Source: Styela clava (Eukaryota). From it: a DNA stretch of 64,000 nt. Position numbers and translations under genes: made by a program. The stretch is from assembly GCF_964204865.1 (NCBI RefSeq), contig NC_135258.1, forward strand, positions 10,540,001 through 10,604,000, read 5' to 3'. Position 1 is the first letter of the stretch, and each line of letters starts with the position of its first letter. A model generated the notes under the pieces. It made no database searches. It was given only the letters and a program-made list of their open reading frames with translations, and had not been told where the DNA came from. Positions 1 to 12,565 of this stretch are shown here, piece by piece.

Positions 1-438
1 GATACTTCGCAAGATAACGCTTTCATGCTTTTGGGGTGACTCAAATTTCAGTTTCCATCATTTATCACATTCCTTCAATAATGTGATAAACTGGTCACAT
101 TTCTTTTTATGATCCTTTCACAATGTCATCAAAAATTTTAGGTGATAATAATGCATGTTCAAATAGGTAATGGTTAATCTTGTTTTGTGCGACATATTAG
201 AAGCCAAATTTAACATGCGCAATGTATGATATGGTCTAAAATAGTACTTAATACTTACTAACTGTATTGTAAATCATTATCGTGCTGGAAAAATTTAATT
301 TATCACCAAAGCACGATAAATTACCGAAAATCAAAACTTTGTTGAAAAAATGCTTATTGCTGCACTATAATGCACAACTAACGCAAATCGCTGCTATTAA
401 TATGGTAAAAAAACAGTGGGATTTGACTGCTTGTGCAG

Positions 439-3400
439 GTTACCAACCACGCGAGTTCTACAACGATGAAAGTGCAGACGTCCTTAAGACTGAAATTCTG
501 ACCAATCCTGTCAAAAAATCTGTGTGTAAGTAAAACCAGTATAGTACAATATATAATCAGAATGAAAAATTTTGCTTGGCATTCTGGGTAATTTTTTTCT
601 TCGTCGTTCCAATATCTTTTGTTTGTTTCAGCACATTTTACTTGTTTCAAATATGCAGCATTTTTGTTTATCTTGGTTTGTGTTCTGATCACTAATATTG
701 GAAAGCTGATGTATGTTCAAATGAATTACTTTACTTTTATAGACTAATGCTTCACTGAATTTCCTTCTTTCTGCTTTTTTCTTTGTTTGTGTCAAATATT
801 GTTTTCTTTGTGTTTGTTGAAGCTCTTGCACTTCTTTTTATTTTGATTTTATTCAGCAATAATGTTATATTTTAGATTTGTCCTCGTAAGTCGAATAAAT
901 GACATACGATTTTGGTGATTTAAAATAAATTTCCTTTCTTTTACCTTAATAGTTACGATTTATGAGGACAACTCTGAGCTTTTCACATGCGTTGCACATT
1001 CTTATTTATTTTCATTCACAGAGCACTGAAATTTTTGATTTACTTTGCTTTTACTATTCATGCATATCTATTTGGCTTTTAATTTTGTTTATTCGTGTAT
1101 TTCCAGCCGTTCGACCAGTTGTACCACCTTTAACCAACTTAATCTATATGGAAGGTAAGATGGTTTATATTTTACACTTTTCGTAAACAAATGGAATACC
1201 TTGTTTACTGGCTGTCAAAATGCAATTGTGGTAGTCGGTATGGAGTAACCTGAATAAGGTTCTTTATATTCATGAGGTCAAGATAATTAGTAAATAGGTA
1301 GTGTATTGAAAATACACATTGTCTTAAAGAAGATACGTTATCAAGCAGGGAAACCTGTGATTAAGTCTAACATTAATTATAACAGAAAAAAAATAAAGAT
1401 AAACATTTTTAATTATAGCAAGTTAAATTTTATGTTTGTTCATGCAACTGGCAATAATATAAGATAATAATATATATCTGATCATCTTTCATTAGTCTTT
1501 TTAAATAAACTATTCAGCTTATAAAATCGATTTTTTACTAGATGATGAATGGTCAGTCCCACAATTTGGTGGGTCATCTTACATGGAATTCAAAAAGATG
1601 TCTGCATACAGTGCTGCAACAATTCATATGACGTTCAAATCTGTTGATTCAGAAGGATTGCTTTTGTATAATGGACAAAATACAGGAAGAGATTTCATCT
1701 CACTTGCTATTATTGGAGGCTATGTGGAATTTAGGTGCAGTTAATATATAAATTTGATAATTGTCCTTCTCAGAGTGCTTGATGACCTCTTTTTAAGAAT
1801 GACTATTGGTTTGGATGGTAAAATTCCATCTTTATTTCTATATTTTGAATTTAAACACATATTTATGCATTCAGACTGATTTTGACATTACTCAAATATG
1901 ATCATGATGTAATAGCCACCATAAGAACTTGTTCAAAATGCTTTTTGAGTTAGGTTGTCAACAGTTACTTAGAATCAAGATCATGATCTCTTCATTATCA
2001 AATACACCTTGCTGAAAGTTTGGGCTGTAACCACCTGAAAGCAACTGAATGAGAGTAAGATTTGTTCTAATTTGTTTTTCATTTACCGTATTTTTCTAAT
2101 TTCTTTCATATACATTTTTAGATTTGATACTGGTTCTGGCCCATTATCATTGAGAAGTAACATACAAGTTAATGATGGACAATGGCATGAAGTAGTTTCA
2201 AGAAGAAATAGAAGAGAAGGAATGTTGATGGTAAAACATTTTATTTGTGATTTTTGTGTGACATAACAAGATGTGTAAAAATCTTGCATGATGAATGAAT
2301 TAGAATTGAGATCTCATTAATTTTGTTGTATGTGCTCAAAAATTTATTAAACAATCATGCTCGTGGAAAAATTATTTTTCCTTAACTCTCATGCATTTAT
2401 ACTGTGGGAATTGTAGATATTTTTCTTGAAGATATTTTTCTCCCACTATGTCATGAGAAATTTATGGTTTTTCATTCACTCCCACCAATTAAGCTGGTTA
2501 GACTCCTGCTCTGGTACGAGGGAGTATATGCAGTAAAATTTTCTCACAGTAATTAATTCATAAATCCAGGTCGACAATGAACCAGAAGTTGCCGGAACCT
2601 CACCATCAACAACAACTGGTGTTAACTTAGATACAAGCCTATTTATTGGTGGAACTGTCATAGAACTACAAGACAGGTAAATAGTTTTCTATTGACTTCT
2701 TTATTTTATATTTAGCATGATTACCCAAATCTGAATTCAATTTTTGTTGTTGCGAGGTTATAAACATTGAAGAACTTCTTTTAATACTCACACCATGATA
2801 TGGTATAATATTCACATTATACTGAGAAGCTAAGATCCGCATATCAATTTGTTTAACAGGCATATGTTATAACTGCAAGAATATGTTGGTTGTCCCATTA
2901 TATTTTGGGCGTTTCGAGGAACTAACTTAATAGTTGGAAATTATACATGTAACATCTCATAAACCAAAAAAAACTTTGACATGTTATCAAACGATTTAAA
3001 TAGAACTTTACAGGGACTAGATGACTTTAATACTGATCTTCCTGCTTATTTTATTCTAATGTTTCCACATATATTTTTTACAGTATTTTCAAGCAAACTG
3101 GGGTAACCAAAGGATTGACTGGTTGTATTTCTAATATTAAAGTTGGTGAACATGGTAAAAAGGCATTATCACTATCATCACAAAATACTGATGCAATAAA
3201 TACATTCAGGTTTGTTATTTGACTATAATCTACTTTTTACATTCCAACTGAGTTTTTTTCAATGAGATATTTGCTTTTCATTTAGGGTGGCAGAATGCTC
3301 CCAATCACCATGCTTGCCGAATCCATGCCGACATACCTCAAAATGTTTTATCACATATCAGCTTGAAGAATTCACTTATAAATGTGATTGTGGATCAAGA

Positions 3401-6400
3401 TATTATGGTATGTCCAAGTCTACATGATCAATTTTAATAACACTATTTATTACTGCACTAATATAACCTGCAATACTTCAATGCGAAACTAATTTGAGTA
3501 AAAGTTTTCAGGACATTGCATTTGACTCTTCCAAATAATCTATCAAAATCAATTCCACAATTATGACAAAATCGCTTATTAAATCATGCCATAGTAATAA
3601 CAGAGTTGCACATTTCTTTAATACTCATAGAAGCAAAAGCAGAAGTGTACAGCATTTGAACAAGACATAAAATTGGATTTGCTGTGCTCCAATCAGCATA
3701 GTACTACAGACATTTAGCATTTGACCGAAGCCACACAAACCCATTTGTGAATATTCTTAGTTTGTCAATGTTCAATCATTAGGTATAGGATAAATGTGGA
3801 ACACGGAATTGACTGAAATAAATGCTTAGTTAGATGGTTTACTAAAACCAAGTGCATTTGGGCAATATCTGCAACTTTAGTAACCTAAATTAGCTGACCT
3901 AACTGAATAAATTGTTTTCAATCGAAGGTGACAAATGTCAACATCGCACAACAACTGATACTTGTGCTTCAAATCCATGTCACGAAAGTTCAACTTGTGT
4001 AGAAGATGATAATTCATATAGATGTATTTGCCCTGAATCAAGAACTGGAACACAGTGTACTCGATGTAAGTGTTTCAAGTCTTTTTTTAGCAAACTTTTA
4101 TATGAAAATAAGCTACGGTAAGTTAATTTAATAGTATAACAAGTTTTTAAACGGTTAACTATGCAAAAAAATGTATTCTAATGATAAAAGAATAAGCCTA
4201 GAAAAGAATAGAATAATATAGTGTTGCTAAAGTTATAAAAGCATATTAATGATATGTTGCAGGTGGTACCACTGCACATATTCCAAGTATAACTCAAGGT
4301 TTCTAAGCCCTTACACCATAAATCAAATCTGGTCCAACATTGTAATCGATTTGTTTCCTCTATCTAAAGAGCTATTACAATATCACCATGTTTTTGTTGT
4401 TTTCAGTGGTTGCAGATTTGCCATTACCATCTACAATGGAGCCATCTTATATGCCAATGTTTGCTGGTGACTCGTATATCCAACGACCATCATTAGTTGG
4501 TGTCGGTACAAAACTTGATATTGAGATTGTATTCTATACATTCCAGTTAGAAGGTATGATTTTGGCCTTAGTGTCCAGATTGGTTATTTTAAATCAGCAT
4601 ATATATTTGCCTCCATTACTTCGAAAGTAGACTCGTGAATTTGACTCTGGCATACTTTATGAAATTTTAATATTAGATACCACACTCTCTTTATTATAGA
4701 CATTAGACATGCTATTATCCACATCATTTTAATGTATAGTATTTGAGACTATGCTATAAGGGACACATTCTCTATTTTTATGAGATACAAGTGTTTTGAT
4801 ACCATATCTTTAAATAGGAATTACAAGTCAAGTCTTCAAGTCTTGACTAACAAAGATAAATGACGTTGAAACACTATTTGAGTAAAGCTTTTCTAATTTA
4901 TAATAAACTCTAATGAAACATCAATTTTCCTCTTTGAATTATTCAATAATTGTGCTGATATAAAATTTTAGATTGTTGTTTTTTTTTTCGACAGGACTGC
5001 TCTTTTATAATGCACAATCAGATTCGGGCAAAGGAGACTTTGTTGCATTAAATTTAAGAGAGGGATATCTTGAATTTATGTATGATTTGGGTGAAGGACC
5101 GGCAATCATAAAGTAAGTACATTATGCACTACCCTGCCTTGGTAATACTAATATTTAATTAAATTCTTGTTATGATTATCAAAACGTGGTTGTTTCATCG
5201 TTCGTAAAATCTTTTGACCATTTTGTTCATCAAACATTTTTTTATATATTCAGGAGCACTGTCAAGGTTTCACTAAATGAATGGCATGTTGCAAAATTGT
5301 CTCGCATTATGAAGATTGGTGATCTTAAATTGGATGATGGACCCATCGTTAAAGGAGTATCACCGGTACAATGCTAATATTAAATATAAAATAAGCCTCT
5401 TTTGGACACTTCTTTTGTTTAAACATTTTATACATTTACTTTTCATGCTTGCTGAAGAGATCAAAGGCAAAGGTTTGTTGAATAGTGGTTTGATTTACTA
5501 CAATCTGATTACTGTATGTGATATAAGAGTCAATTTCGTGTTGTCCAATAGTACCATAACTATTCAATTTAATTAATATTTTCATTTATCTTTTGCACAC
5601 GTATTTTCAACTGAGTGAAATCTAATTATTCACCATAAATAACTTCGATATATACATGAATTCATGACTTTCTGTTAGTTTTGATGTTTATTTAAAACTT
5701 TTCACAGCACCGCCATTCCCAACTTAACCTGGGAAGACCATTATACATTGGCTCAGTTCCTGAATCTGTGACTGTTCCTCCAAGAACTCACATAACGACT
5801 GGACTTATGGGAGCCATTCAAAAGGTAGATAATGTGTCTTGTTGTTCAGTTAAACTATATTGATAATAACCTGTACCAATATGTGGTAAAACAGTCACCA
5901 TTAATTTACATCAAACAAAAGTAATTCGAGAATTAAAAATAAATTTTGTTTCATAGATAAGGAAATAAAGATTTTATAAATAAACATGATTATCTAAAAA
6001 TGTGTAGACTGATTGATACCTTGGTAGTTGAACGACTTGATATCCGAACAATTCGATAGTCGACCAAAAATATCTGGTTGATGACGTCATTGTGCACAAA
6101 AATCAATCCCATTGATCCCACAGAAATTTGCTCAAACAGTTACTGATATCAAATTTTTAATGTTTATCTTTATTAGTTTTAATCTTTATTATGCACACAT
6201 TTACATACTTATTATTGTTTAGTTACACGTTTTGTTAATATTTTCGGTATTTTGAAATGCGTAAGAACAAACTAAAAATATTACCATCGATTTTTATGGT
6301 GCAAAAAAGTTTTGATTCTCCAACAAGTCGGCAGTCGAACACTAATCCTGAACAAATTATGTTCGACTACCGGGGTATCATGGTATTTGTAAAATCAAAT

Positions 6401-9394
6401 TTAGTATCCAATATTCATTTAATGACTTCTCTTTGTTTATTCAAATTGAACTGTTAATTTAGAATCTAATAACTTTTACATCATTATGAAATCCATCTAA
6501 GGTTAGCTATGAGCTCTCATCCATTTACTGTTAGTGTGCCAACCTGACAAAATTTCATGCTCAAAATTTTCATTTCCCAAGAACTTCAGTTCTGTGGAAT
6601 TCACTACATCACACCGGTAGTTGTTTTCCTGGTCATATTGATATGAATCAGTGTTCACTAACACTGATTTCTACACTATAATTCGCTAGACTGTCAGTAG
6701 CTCTCAGTACTTCAGGGGTCACCTATAATTTCGATCAGAGATCAATCTCCTTTATTTTACAGTGTGTGACATTTATTTGAGCAAATTTTATCATATATTA
6801 TAGTTTGTTGTGAATGATGTTGAACTTCCGCGATCCCTTGCTGGAGAAAATTCAGAATCGTATCACATTCAAGCTTTCAATGGTCATGCCTGCTACAGAC
6901 AACCTTGTAACAATAATGGAGTCTGTGTACCAGTCCTTGGAAATTTTACCTGCACATGCAAAACTGGATATTCAGGGCAACTTTGTCAAAAAGGTTTGAT
7001 GAATTGTTTGATATTCATTTGGCATTTTAACATTTTACTTGAGGTTCATCAAAAATATGTCTTAGAGTTCTGTAATTAGAATGGTTGTGCATTTTCTGTT
7101 ATTTACATTTATCAGTACATAAATTTGAACATTTTTTTAATTCCCAGTTGAAAAGCCTGAAGAAATTCCAATGCTTCAAGACTCGACACCGCATGCAGTA
7201 TTTTTTGATGGAAGGGTCAAGGCACAATATAATAACTTCATCACTAGGAGGTAATTCATTTGATTATTTACTGCCGTTTATTTTTTTCATTGTACTCAGG
7301 TGATAAGATGCAGTTGCTTCAGTTATGGTCAGTTTATAAACTATGAAGTTTTCTTTAATAATTTATGGATAATTTTTGTATGCTAATTACTATCCTCATT
7401 ATTAAAAGTTGGTGTATTTATATTGTTCAATTTGTTTTGCTTTCAAAAGTGGAGAATCTGAAAAGATCATGAAGAAGTAAGAATATATTGTGTTGTTCAT
7501 TCTAATTTATGTGATTGATATACTGGTACTACTATATATGGGTAAAGCTATTTCATTTTCCGAAGTACCTTGTTGTTAAGATTTTTGTCATGCGAAATAG
7601 TTTTAAAAGTAATTATTGTATAAATTACATAATGTTTTGGGTACCTCACTTCAAATTGCAGGATACCCACTTCGACATGTAATTTCTCACATTGTTTTAT
7701 TTTGTAACAGGGTCAACTCATTAAAAAGCAACCACTTCGAACTTCAGTTGAAAACCACAGCTCACCATGGTTTAATATTTTATGATGGCAAAGCAACAAA
7801 ACGTGGCGATTACATAGCTTTGTCAGTTAGTTATGGCAGACTGCATTTAACTTTTGATCTTGGATCCGGTCCAGCCAATATTGTATCTGATTTAATGGTA
7901 AATGATGGGCTATGGAAAACTGTTAAAATTGTCAGGTAAGCTTAGGAATTAGGATACTTGTGTTTGTGTCTTACCCAATGATCGTTACCTACTGTTGTCT
8001 GTGCACAAGAATAAATTTAGATATATCTTGTTTTACATCATTGGTTGTCTACGACTTTTGTATCAGTAATCTACTCACTTCAGTTGACAGCTTGCAACTT
8101 TGCATAAAAATAGAAGGACTAAGAATTTCATATTTTACGACTTGTCTACGACTTTTGTATCAGTAATCTACTCACTTCAGTTGAAAGCTTGCAACTTTGC
8201 ATGAAAATAGAAGGACAAAGAATTTCATATTTTACTTGCCCAGCTATTGTCGAAGTTCTCAATGTTCTAATGATGATTTCTGCTAGAATAAATACAAAAA
8301 TGAGTAAAATAGATAGAAGTTTTGGGTTCCTTATTCTCAAAAACTTGCGGACTATACAAAATTACATTTATGAGAGGAAAAAGACATCATTCCATTTTTT
8401 GATGTGTTGGTTTTGCTATATTTGTAAATTATCAAACACATTTTCATTATTTTGCAGAAATGAACATCGAGCATCTCTACAAATAGAAGAAGGAACTCCT
8501 AAATTAGCATCTGCTCCACAACTCACAAAATGGCTAAATACTGAAGGAATGTTATGGCTTGGTGAGTGCACTGGAGTTTTAGCACATTTTCTGACATTCT
8601 TTTATAGTTATTACACAAAGAGTTCTTATATTCTAGAACAGGGTTACTCAACTGGTGGACAGCAGTCCGAATCCGGACCTTTGGAGTATTTGATTCGGAC
8701 TGCACCTAATTCTTTATTTTGATCATTAACCAAACTTTTGAAGTTTCATTTTATAAAATGACTTTTCTTGTTTTGAATATATCCGAAAAGAACTATATTA
8801 CCATAATAAACAATCTCGATTAGCTGATACTCATTAGCCGGTCGAGGAAGTGCGCATTTAAGGATGCCGAAATATAATTTCTGGAAACCTCGGACGGCCG
8901 GACCCAAATAATTTTAAAGTTTTGTATGCGGATCTTCTGTTCTAGAATGCGGTTTTGGTCTGTTTGCTATCACAAAATATTAGGTATTTTTCTTAATGTA
9001 ACATTTAACTAAACCGAAATATGTTGCATAGCAAGAAAGATGAATATTCACTATTTGCAATTTTATTTAACCTCTTAGTCGGAAATGATCAATTTAATTT
9101 AGCTGTTTAGTTTAATTTGATCTGCAGGGATTTGATCGGAATATACTAAATAAAATATGATAGCAAAAATCGATTCTTGATACCTTGTCATTCTTACCTT
9201 GAATTTAATTTCTATTCCAACTTGCAGGTGGTTGTGAAGCTGAATACATGCCACCTAGGCATCGAGGACTGACCAAGTCTTTTTATATGGGATTTGAAGG
9301 ATGCATCCGTAGATTCCGTATTGATGGAAATCTTTTACAATTACGAGAAGATGTGTTGAACAGACCCGGGTTAGCCACATGCCAAGACCGGTGA
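439..9394 (+). CDS. AGRN: Agrin orthologue, 3' portion (LG1-EGF-EGF-LG2-EGF-LG3); 5' exons lie upstream of the window
   Basis: GT-AG exons joining in frame: (439-525, 1107-1154 linker exons, less certain), 1542-1734, 2122-2230, 2570-2676, 3084-3209, 3286-3407, 3928-4065, 4407-4553, 4995-5112, 5254-5365, 5708-5824, 6804-6993, 7148-7250, 7711-7935, 8458-8561, 9228-9394 (TGA). LG3 reads [53 protein letters not shown] and ends [31 protein letters not shown]. These match agrin hallmarks (SNHFEL, GKATxRxDYxAL, TxGxLWLGG) better than pikachurin or perlecan. Confidence 0.9.
5458..5472 (+). CDS. AGRN: Candidate 15-nt agrin y-site microexon encoding RSKAK
   Basis: tacatttacttttcaTGCtTGCtgaAG|AGA TCA AAG GCA AAG|GTttgt. 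Phase 0-0, between ...KGVSP and HRHSQLNL, the position of vertebrate KSRK. The donor gtttgt is also used at 3210. Confidence 0.72.
6014..6380. mobile_element. MITE in agrin intron
   Basis: Terminal inverted repeats tgataccttggtagttgaac ... gttcgactaccggggtatca, with internal repeated tcgac/gaac motifs. Confidence 0.65.
7450..7476 (+). CDS. AGRN: Candidate 27-nt agrin z-site microexon ([16 protein letters not shown] instead of ITRR-VNS)
   Basis: tttgtttTGCtttcaaaAG|T GGA GAA TCT GAA AAG ATC ATG AAG AA|GTAAGA. Phase 2-2, no stop, strong donor, located in the intron just before SNHFEL. Confidence 0.7.
8045..8235. repeat. Direct tandem duplication of ~97 bp in agrin intron
   Basis: Two near-identical copies starting ttgtctacgacttttgtatcagtaatctactcacttcagttga at ~8045 and ~8142. 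Confidence 0.9.
8639..8939. mobile_element. Non-autonomous hAT-type MITE
   Basis: Ends cagggtt...cttctg, flanked by a perfect 8-bp duplication ttctagaa (8631-8638 and 8940-8947). Confidence 0.75.
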
Positions 9395-12215
9395 CACAGC
9401 ACTTTAAATCATGTCATCATAGGTACACGTGTGTATAATAAAGTTTCAACCATGTTGTAATATCAAACAGACACGGATAGCATTGACATGACACAGTGGC
9501 AGGGCAGCGATGCCATTCAGTACATCATCCCGAACCCCGGGATGTCAAAAGGTTTTATTTGAACGAAATAATAGTTCGTCTTACACCTAGTTTTTTTCGA
9601 ATTTTAAAATATGACACATGGAAGAGGCCGTTTATTTGTCTGCCCATGTGTTTGTTATTTCTGAGTCTAAGCATTGTGTTTGACACGGACAGGCAACTGG
9701 ACAGGAGTTGCCGCAAGTCTTAGCCCTATGAATTTTTCTTTGAGTCTGGCATAAATATGATAATGCATTTATTTATTTGCATGCATATATGCATATAAAT
9801 TTATTTGAATGTGGATTCTATTGAAATTTTTGAAACATATTTACCGGTAGATACATAACGTTTGACATCCCCAACATATCCCGAAAGCAACTCAATGTTT
9901 TTATTTTCTTATATTTTTGTGAATTTTATGCGACATTAACAACATGCACTATTATGTTAACAATGTAGACACTTAATCTTGTGTTTTGAAGTCACGATGT
10001 GGCACATTTTGTTTGAAAATTAGAAAATTAATTTTAGTTTGTCATGATTGCTTGCATATTTTATCTTAGAATTATTAATTTTTTTTCTCATTTTTCATAT
10101 TTTATTACATTTTTAAGACACTATTTCAGGTACAGTTCCATTTCTGAATTATAGATGTTGGTATGATTCATGTCAAAATGAAGCTATAAACCTATCAGAA
10201 AAATTAAACACAACTTATGAATTAGAAACGTAACATTAAGACAGTGTAGTAGTGGTGTGGCACATTCCATGTTTTAACAGACCTGAACTGAAGTTATGAC
10301 AATTTCCACCTTATAATATTCCACTCAACTTGAATAATAGGTCTCTGATAGCTAAATCCTATTTCCATATTGGTAAAAATGAATCTTCATAGGTGACAGA
10401 CTAATGCATGAACTTATCTTTGTCTAGGCATCTTATCTTTATACCTCACTGACAATATTTATAATTAAGCTGTCCTACTACTAATATGATTAGCTCCCTA
10501 TTCCATATCACTGCAACTGTAAAAGGTTTGAAGCGAGAGCAGCTTTAGCGTCTTAGCCTAATAGTCTAACTCTATTATATGGGAATATCCACATAAAAAT
10601 AAAAGTATAATGCCACATTCCACTATCCCAGAAAGACACAACTATTTTTTTATTTCTTTGGATTGGTTAGTATTGTTTTTATTAATAATTTTCGTGCATA
10701 TTATTTAATAACATCATCTGGTGCAAGATTGAAACAGTCTCTGAATAATTACTTTTTGGCAAAAACATTGATAAGTTTACATGCAGATAATGTAAAATAA
10801 GATTCGATGTCAACATTGATCTGGAACTTTTTAAAAGATTCCGGTTGTTGAATTTCGGTTGTATGAAATACATATGGCGATTTCGTTTTTGAACTATTGA
10901 TTTAAATTCAAGTAATAGTGATAAAATCTACTCATCCAAATATTCAGCATATTGTTTTTGTTATTCTGCTTAAAAATAAATTTTATTGAGTCCGTATATT
11001 GATGTTCAGTCTTTGATTGGTAGTCATTTTAGTAAATGTTGACTTGTCCTTCAAAGAAAAAAAAGACGTGTCGCGAAGTCTATCATATTTTACACAAAAC
11101 GCTATGAAACCCATAGGAATTTCGTTCAATAAATATTTCTTTATACAATAGTGATGCATCGCCATCCAAACGAAAATCTGATTGCGATAAAACGGTCTAA
11201 TCACATGGCGAAGCCGGTCGGACTCTATTCCGGGTTACCAGTCTATGTCGCGCATGGATTAGTTAGCCATTCCAGATTCCCGATTTTGAAACGTGAAAAA
11301 AACGTAAAATTAATGGTAATTTTCACGCGTAACGGCGCGCATTAGAATGTTTACGTCTTTCTACGCGCATTTCTGTCGGAAAAAGTAACATTTTTTGCAT
11401 TGAGGGGGGCGTGTGCAGTAATAATTAGAGGTGTGACGTCATCAAAATTGTCAATTGAAGCCTTGAACTTATAAATTCGGTAAATAAAATCGTGAATTTT
11501 AGAGTAACCATTCTTGCTATAATAGTGGTTTTGGTGTTGTTCTGTTGGAAAATAACACAAGAAAACGTTGGAATAAAATTAATTAATTACGAATAATTAT
11601 TAACCCTCTACTAGACACAAAATATCGCAAGTTCAATGGAATTTTGGAATTTTGGCTTATATATAAAAAAAAATTTTTTAAAGGAGTGCGTTTTTCATAT
11701 ATTGCTGAATAGAACTCTAGCACACGCTTTAAAAAAGCATGATTGAATCTTTAGAGCTTGATGGTTGACAAAAAAATAACCAATGTAAAATGGCACCAAA
11801 CCGACCGGCTGTGTTGTGTAAAAAAATATTCAATTCATGACAATTGAGAGAATTTAATTTTATTTCTATATTAATTCCATTGTGTTCAACGTAACTCGCT
11901 GTTGCCTCGACTTACGACAAAATAAAAGCATTACTATTAATCTGTGGACAAAAAAGTGAAATAAACTGCCCGATTATGTTTAGTTTTGATACCTATTTTT
12001 ACGATCTTGCGAATTCGTTATCGCTGTTAGAGATTTACTAAAAAAACGGAGAGTAAAATTTAGTACAATAAAAATACGCATGACGTGCAGTATATATAGT
12101 AGTATATCGCAAATACGTATTTATCGCTTCGAAATCCCCCCGGAGTGTCTCCTGAAACAGTTATCGCGATTATGCCACTCGTTAAACGAGTCAGAAGAAT
12201 TTTTCGGCTCATAAT

Positions 12216-12565
12216 GGATAGGATAGGATAGGATTTATATATTTATCCCGGGGGAGAGGAAAGCCGATAAGACGGCTTATCCATATGGCGAACCACGGCC
12301 TCTCGTCCGGTTACCATTCCAAGTCGGGTATGGGATTAGTTTCACTGTATTGTTTGTTTTCGGAAGCATGGACTTGGTGGTGGAGGAAGCCGTAACCGAC
12401 CAGCGGTTACGTGAACCACCCAACGACGGCGAGGAGTCCAGCAATCCTCTCGCACATAACCATCCCTGCATGGGATTCGAACCTGCGAACCCACGCAGAG
12501 TAATTAGAGGTGCGGTGGCGAGCGTATTCCTAACGCTTAGCCCGTTGAGCCACACCGCCGCGCCG
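12216..12565 (-). mobile_element. tRNA-derived SINE, well-preserved copy
   Basis: Minus strand has A-box tggctcaacggg, B-box ggttcgaatcc and a 3' tail of (atcct)n. Homologous copies occur at ~27227-27547, ~16714-19431 (split), ~24500-25710 (split) and ~18255-18375. Confidence 0.85.

Noticed and set aside
4263-4298. In-frame 24- or 36-nt cassette between EGF3 and LG2
   Set aside because: Poor pyrimidine tract, weak donors, and it would add an unpaired Cys; not supportable without RNA data.
7300-7327. Second z-site microexon candidate (tactcag|gtgataag...ttatg|gtcagt)
   Set aside because: 28 nt, creates an immediate in-frame TGA, and the upstream intron would be only 49 nt.
7601-7608. z-intron candidate tgcgaaatag|ttttaaaa|gtaatt
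   Set aside because: 8 nt, not frame-preserving alone or together with the 27-nt exon.
1542-9394. Pikachurin (EGFLAM) or perlecan as the identity of the LamG/EGF gene
   Set aside because: The domain order fits pikachurin too, but LG3 motifs ([18 protein letters not shown]), the C-terminus and introns at the y and z positions point to agrin.
11030-12200. Gene or promoter downstream of agrin
   Set aside because: CpG-richer but without spliceable coding exons; weak inverted similarity suggests an old DNA-transposon remnant whose ends I could not define.
12480-12565. tRNA gene
   Set aside because: A and B boxes are present but embedded in a multi-copy ~350-bp element with a simple-repeat tail, so it is a SINE head.
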